This document shows, piece after piece, positions 61,601 to 64,000 of a DNA stretch of 64,000 nt (positions are counted from its first letter, which is position 1; each line of letters begins with the position of its first letter). Under the pieces are notes generated by a model. It worked only from the letters and a program-made list of their open reading frames with translations. It was not told the DNA's origin and did no database searches. The DNA is from Schizochytrium sp. TIO01. Its lineage: Eukaryota; Protista; Bigyra: Labyrinthulomycetes. A program made the translations under genes and the position numbers. Location: contig SMSO01000031.1 in the NCBI GenBank assembly GCA_004764695.1, positions 7,732,761-7,796,760 of the forward strand, given 5' to 3'.

Positions 61601-63319
61601 ATCGACTTTGTTCTCTGGATTGCAGAATTTGTCGGTAGCATCGCGCTTTGCTTGTGAAAAAGGCGAGTTCAACCATGCCTCAGCCATTTGGGCCTCATCA
61701 CGGGGCGCATCAAGTCGAGTCTGGTAGCGGACGCGAGCGGGTGTGGTAACTTCTTGGATGAAATCTGCAATGTCGCGATCATACGGACACTCAAATCCAA
61801 TGCTTGAAAAGTAAGGGAGCACGTCTTCGCGAGGTCCATGGAAGACAATGTGACCCATAGCAAGAATGAGGATTTCATCAAAAAGGTTGTATACCTCAGG
61901 AGGAGGCTGTAAGAGGGCAATGATTGGTGTAAGGTGGAGGTTTTTGGCTACGCCCGTCAAGCGCCGGCAAATATCAAAGGTTGCCGCACTATCAAGACCA
62001 GTTGAGATTTGATCATAGAACACGAGTGGCCGGCGAGCCATAAGCATCTCACCGGAGGTGACACGCTTCTTCTCACCTCCAGATACACCTCGCAGCATGG
62101 CATTACCAACAATAGTATTTTTGGCCCGGTCTAAAGCTAAGTTATGAATGACAAAGTCAGGGTACTCCTGCAGTTGTTCGTGCACCTTTGCCTTTTCTTC
62201 GGGAGTAGCATGTTCCGAGGTGGAGGTGAAACCAATGACCTTTTCAGCTACCTCAGGTCCTCCAAAGCAGTCGTAGGCAAACTGAAGAGTCTCACGTACA
62301 GTAAGTACAGCTGTGTGCTGGTCAAGCTGATCAACATACATGGCAAGTTTGCGCACGTGAAGCTCCTCGGGAGTGTAGCCAGAGTATAACACCTCACCAT
62401 CCAATTTGTAACGACCCTTAACCTTGGCGCGTCCAGAGAGAACCTTGAAGAGACTTGTCACACCACAACCAGGGGGGCCCAGAACAAGCGTTGACTTACT
62501 TGCCTCGAAACAGCCTGACATCTTGTGCAAGACAGGGATTTCTACCCGTGTGTGCCATTTGCAAGTGAACATTTTGATGAGCGGAGAGAAGATCTTAAGG
62601 CAAGTTGTACCCACGGTGGAGATGCCTGTGTCTTCTTGCGGAATCATGACTGAATAGTGCAAATCTTTGAAGCCAACATTTACAGGCCAATGATCATCAC
62701 CTCGAACACGACCAAGAAGGTTGGAGTATTGCACAGCTGTCATTTTGCGGTCATAGTCAACAGAGCTTGAGCGGATAGTAGATGGAGCGCGGATGAGGCC
62801 TCGACCAAGCAGTTCTCCAAGGAGTTGAACCTCTTCGGGCTTCAAGCTAACCGGCACACGTTCGTTCGACTCAGGTTGTTTATTCTGCTTTGCCACCTGT
62901 TTCTGAAGACGTCCAAGCATGCCTCGAATTTTGAGAATCTCTTCCGGAGTTGCTTTCGCATCATCGGATGAAGAGTCGTTGCTGAGACGGGTGTCGACTT
63001 CATCTTCTTCTTCATCGTCAAGAGCAGCGTCCTCTTCCTTTGTGCCGACTGCTGTACCGCCAACGGTGGATACAGCATTTCCATAGATGCCATTTCCATC
63101 TGTTGTTTTGGCTGCAATGCCAGTGGCATCAGATGAGCTTGAGGCTGATGAGCCTGAGGCTGAATCATTCTTCCCCTGGACCTCCTCCTCTAATTGTGGC
63201 GGCACAGCATTTTCAATAGGAACTTCCGTGTCTTCATCCAGTGTCAGAGTCCGCGTGGACATGTTGTCCTCTTGGGGAACACTCGCCGAGTTTTCATTGT
63301 TGCTGCTGCTTGGCAACAT
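58625..63319 (-). CDS. Full-size PDR-type ABCG transporter, copy 4, 1564 aa, intronless
   Basis: GPPGCGVTS, VSGGEKKR, FYDQISTGLDS, GSSGAGKTT, LTTEQVKR, FADEPTSGLD, CTIHQP; ends YLKR*. The track start 63370 is TTG. First ATG at 63319 (MLPS) matches the paralogue ML[G/P] starts. Confidence 0.95.
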   Translation of the reverse strand: MLPSSSNNENSASVPQEDNMSTRTLTLDEDTEVPIENAVPPQLEEEVQGKNDSASGSSASSSSDATGIAAKTTDGNGIYGNAVSTVGGTAVGTKEEDAALDDEEEDEVDTRLSNDSSSDDAKATPEEILKIRGMLGRLQKQVAKQNKQPESNERVPVSLKPEEVQLLGELLGRGLIRAPSTIRSSSVDYDRKMTAVQYSNLLGRVRGDDHWPVNVGFKDLHYSVMIPQEDTGISTVGTTCLKIFSPLIKMFTCKWHTRVEIPVLHKMSGCFEASKSTLVLGPPGCGVTSLFKVLSGRAKVKGRYKLDGEVLYSGYTPEELHVRKLAMYVDQLDQHTAVLTVRETLQFAYDCFGGPEVAEKVIGFTSTSEHATPEEKAKVHEQLQEYPDFVIHNLALDRAKNTIVGNAMLRGVSGGEKKRVTSGEMLMARRPLVFYDQISTGLDSAATFDICRRLTGVAKNLHLTPIIALLQPPPEVYNLFDEILILAMGHIVFHGPREDVLPYFSSIGFECPYDRDIADFIQEVTTPARVRYQTRLDAPRDEAQMAEAWLNSPFSQAKRDATDKFCNPENKVDAVARRELYAKDKPRYANSCFEDFKLVFNRQRQLVLRDPSFIRARIMQSVIMGVVIGTVFIKLEPDLPTANSNTSDYTPITQRYGVIFATLMQCALAGMAQVPVVLGQRPVFYKQSNAYFFRTINYVLAELISTIPVAIVESILMASLIFWITAIVPWNENAPTGENDVGGRFMIFICIMIALNLSFAAYLRAIATYVPTPGIGQVISGISIAASVVFSGFILTQSTMPPWFIWIYWLSPIAWGYRSAVLTVFTSKAFTAEQQQFALDLFAFPSNTQYIWAGVLMLIAYLFVNLTLSYIGYTNVRYDSGGGRQGAPSENPEVEEIERIINERSSRIDQPRAQSSIQSPQSGSSKHLSAAYSSQVPTSEIQLRMATSLQNENFTPCDMVFRDLWYSVQGPDDKKGKFSLDLLKGISGYAEAGTLTALMGSSGAGKTTLLDVLALRKTSGKITGEVLINGRKQDKTTFSRIVGYVEQNDIHSPSATVEEAFLFSAILRQAADVPRHEKEQFVEGVIDTLNLGNIRNFMIGSKMSGGLTTEQVKRVTIGVELSANPAIIFADEPTSGLDANSARIVMVGLERIARAGRTVICTIHQPSKDIFLKFDRLLLLKRGGETVFFGDLGEKAKHLLAYLEAIPGTPSMPNPRYNPATYMLEAIGAGAGEESLVDYANEYRESKLRAANDAKMDKLIKSNTENRPEIHFEHAYASTFFEQQELLFKRWTKAYWRNPGYNTTRFGVAIFIALFFGLSFLQNASDLQSTQDVQSFCGLTFISASFLSVISLNTAIPVVMDERTPFYRERAASYYSVAPMIISITSVEAPYVIMASMVYVPIFYFLVHFWIDAGVFFLWFGVYVTFMLTMTFWGHFLGSIAPNQQVAGILGALSFGLWVQTAGLVIAVRDIPGFWYWLSCINPLRYMFNALVVIQLACDDPDSGSNSPGCIEVSDGITAWKYVQSNFGFEADDWKYCFGSLAGFCVGFRILSIIAYTFVSYLKR

Positions 63320-64000
63320 TTTCTTTATACCTGAACTCCACAAAGATCCAGCTCCTTGTGTTGCCCTCAATGCTCAGCCGGTTGTTCTCGACGACGAGCA
63401 CCACGTCGTTGGGGTCCCGGCGTCAACCCGCAAAAACGTATAAAAAAAACCTATGTAAATTCAGAAACCAAGCTTACAAAGCTCCCCTGCTCCGCACGAA
63501 CCAGTTGGCGAGACCTTGAAGCTGATTCTTGGGAATCGTTTTCGGAGACCCAGCTTGTGTGGACTCCAAGCTTGAGTTCTACAGAATTCTTCTCACACGC
63601 AGCTGCGGAGAGGACTCTCGCAGTTTAAGGCTGCCAGGGAATGGACGGATGGCTTCGAAGCTTAGAAGTACCGAGCTCCGGAAGTAGTTGACAGGTTTCC
63701 GTGTCCTGACACCACGCAAGCAACCCACTCTGAGGTTGCCTGCCTATGAATAATCGACCGTCACGACCTTTGTTTCGAGCTCTAGACTCGAGAGGTGCGG
63801 CACGGCTCGAAGTGGATTTGCTTTTGTTGTATTCGCCGATTCTAATTTGTCGCGGCATCGCTTTGTGTTCTTCCATTTATGTATATATTATTTTTATTTT
63901 TTAAAATTAAAAATCAAATTTAATTTTTTTGTAAATAAAATAAAAAAGGGGAAAGGATGGTTTTAAATTGGCTGGCACTATCCCATTGCTAGTGTCTCCT

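Overview
Eukaryotic nuclear DNA with few introns and many microsatellites. A protist origin, most plausibly a thraustochytrid/labyrinthulomycete-type stramenopile, is inferred from an H+-PPase (absent from animals and fungi), full-size PDR transporters, short GTAAG...CTAAC...AG introns and dense tetranucleotide repeats. Eight protein-coding genes are supported: a K+-dependent membrane H+-pyrophosphatase (-), an APMAP/strictosidine-synthase-like hydrolase (-), an unknown Ala/Lys-rich protein (-), a three-exon Neverland/DAF-36-type Rieske sterol C7(8)-desaturase (+), and a tandem array of four full-size PDR-type ABCG transporters (-, 20.8-63.3 kb). Main observations: (1) all four transporters share an unusual degenerate NBD1 (Walker A Lys->Val, GPPGCGVT; catalytic Glu->Gln, FYDQIS). 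(2) The two inner copies share two 3' introns at identical positions, while the outer copies have none, which most simply implies intron gain within the array. (3) The array sits tail-to-tail with the sterol desaturase, making a candidate sterol modification/transport locus (hypothesis only). No rRNA, tRNA, CRISPR array or recognisable transposon was found by eye.
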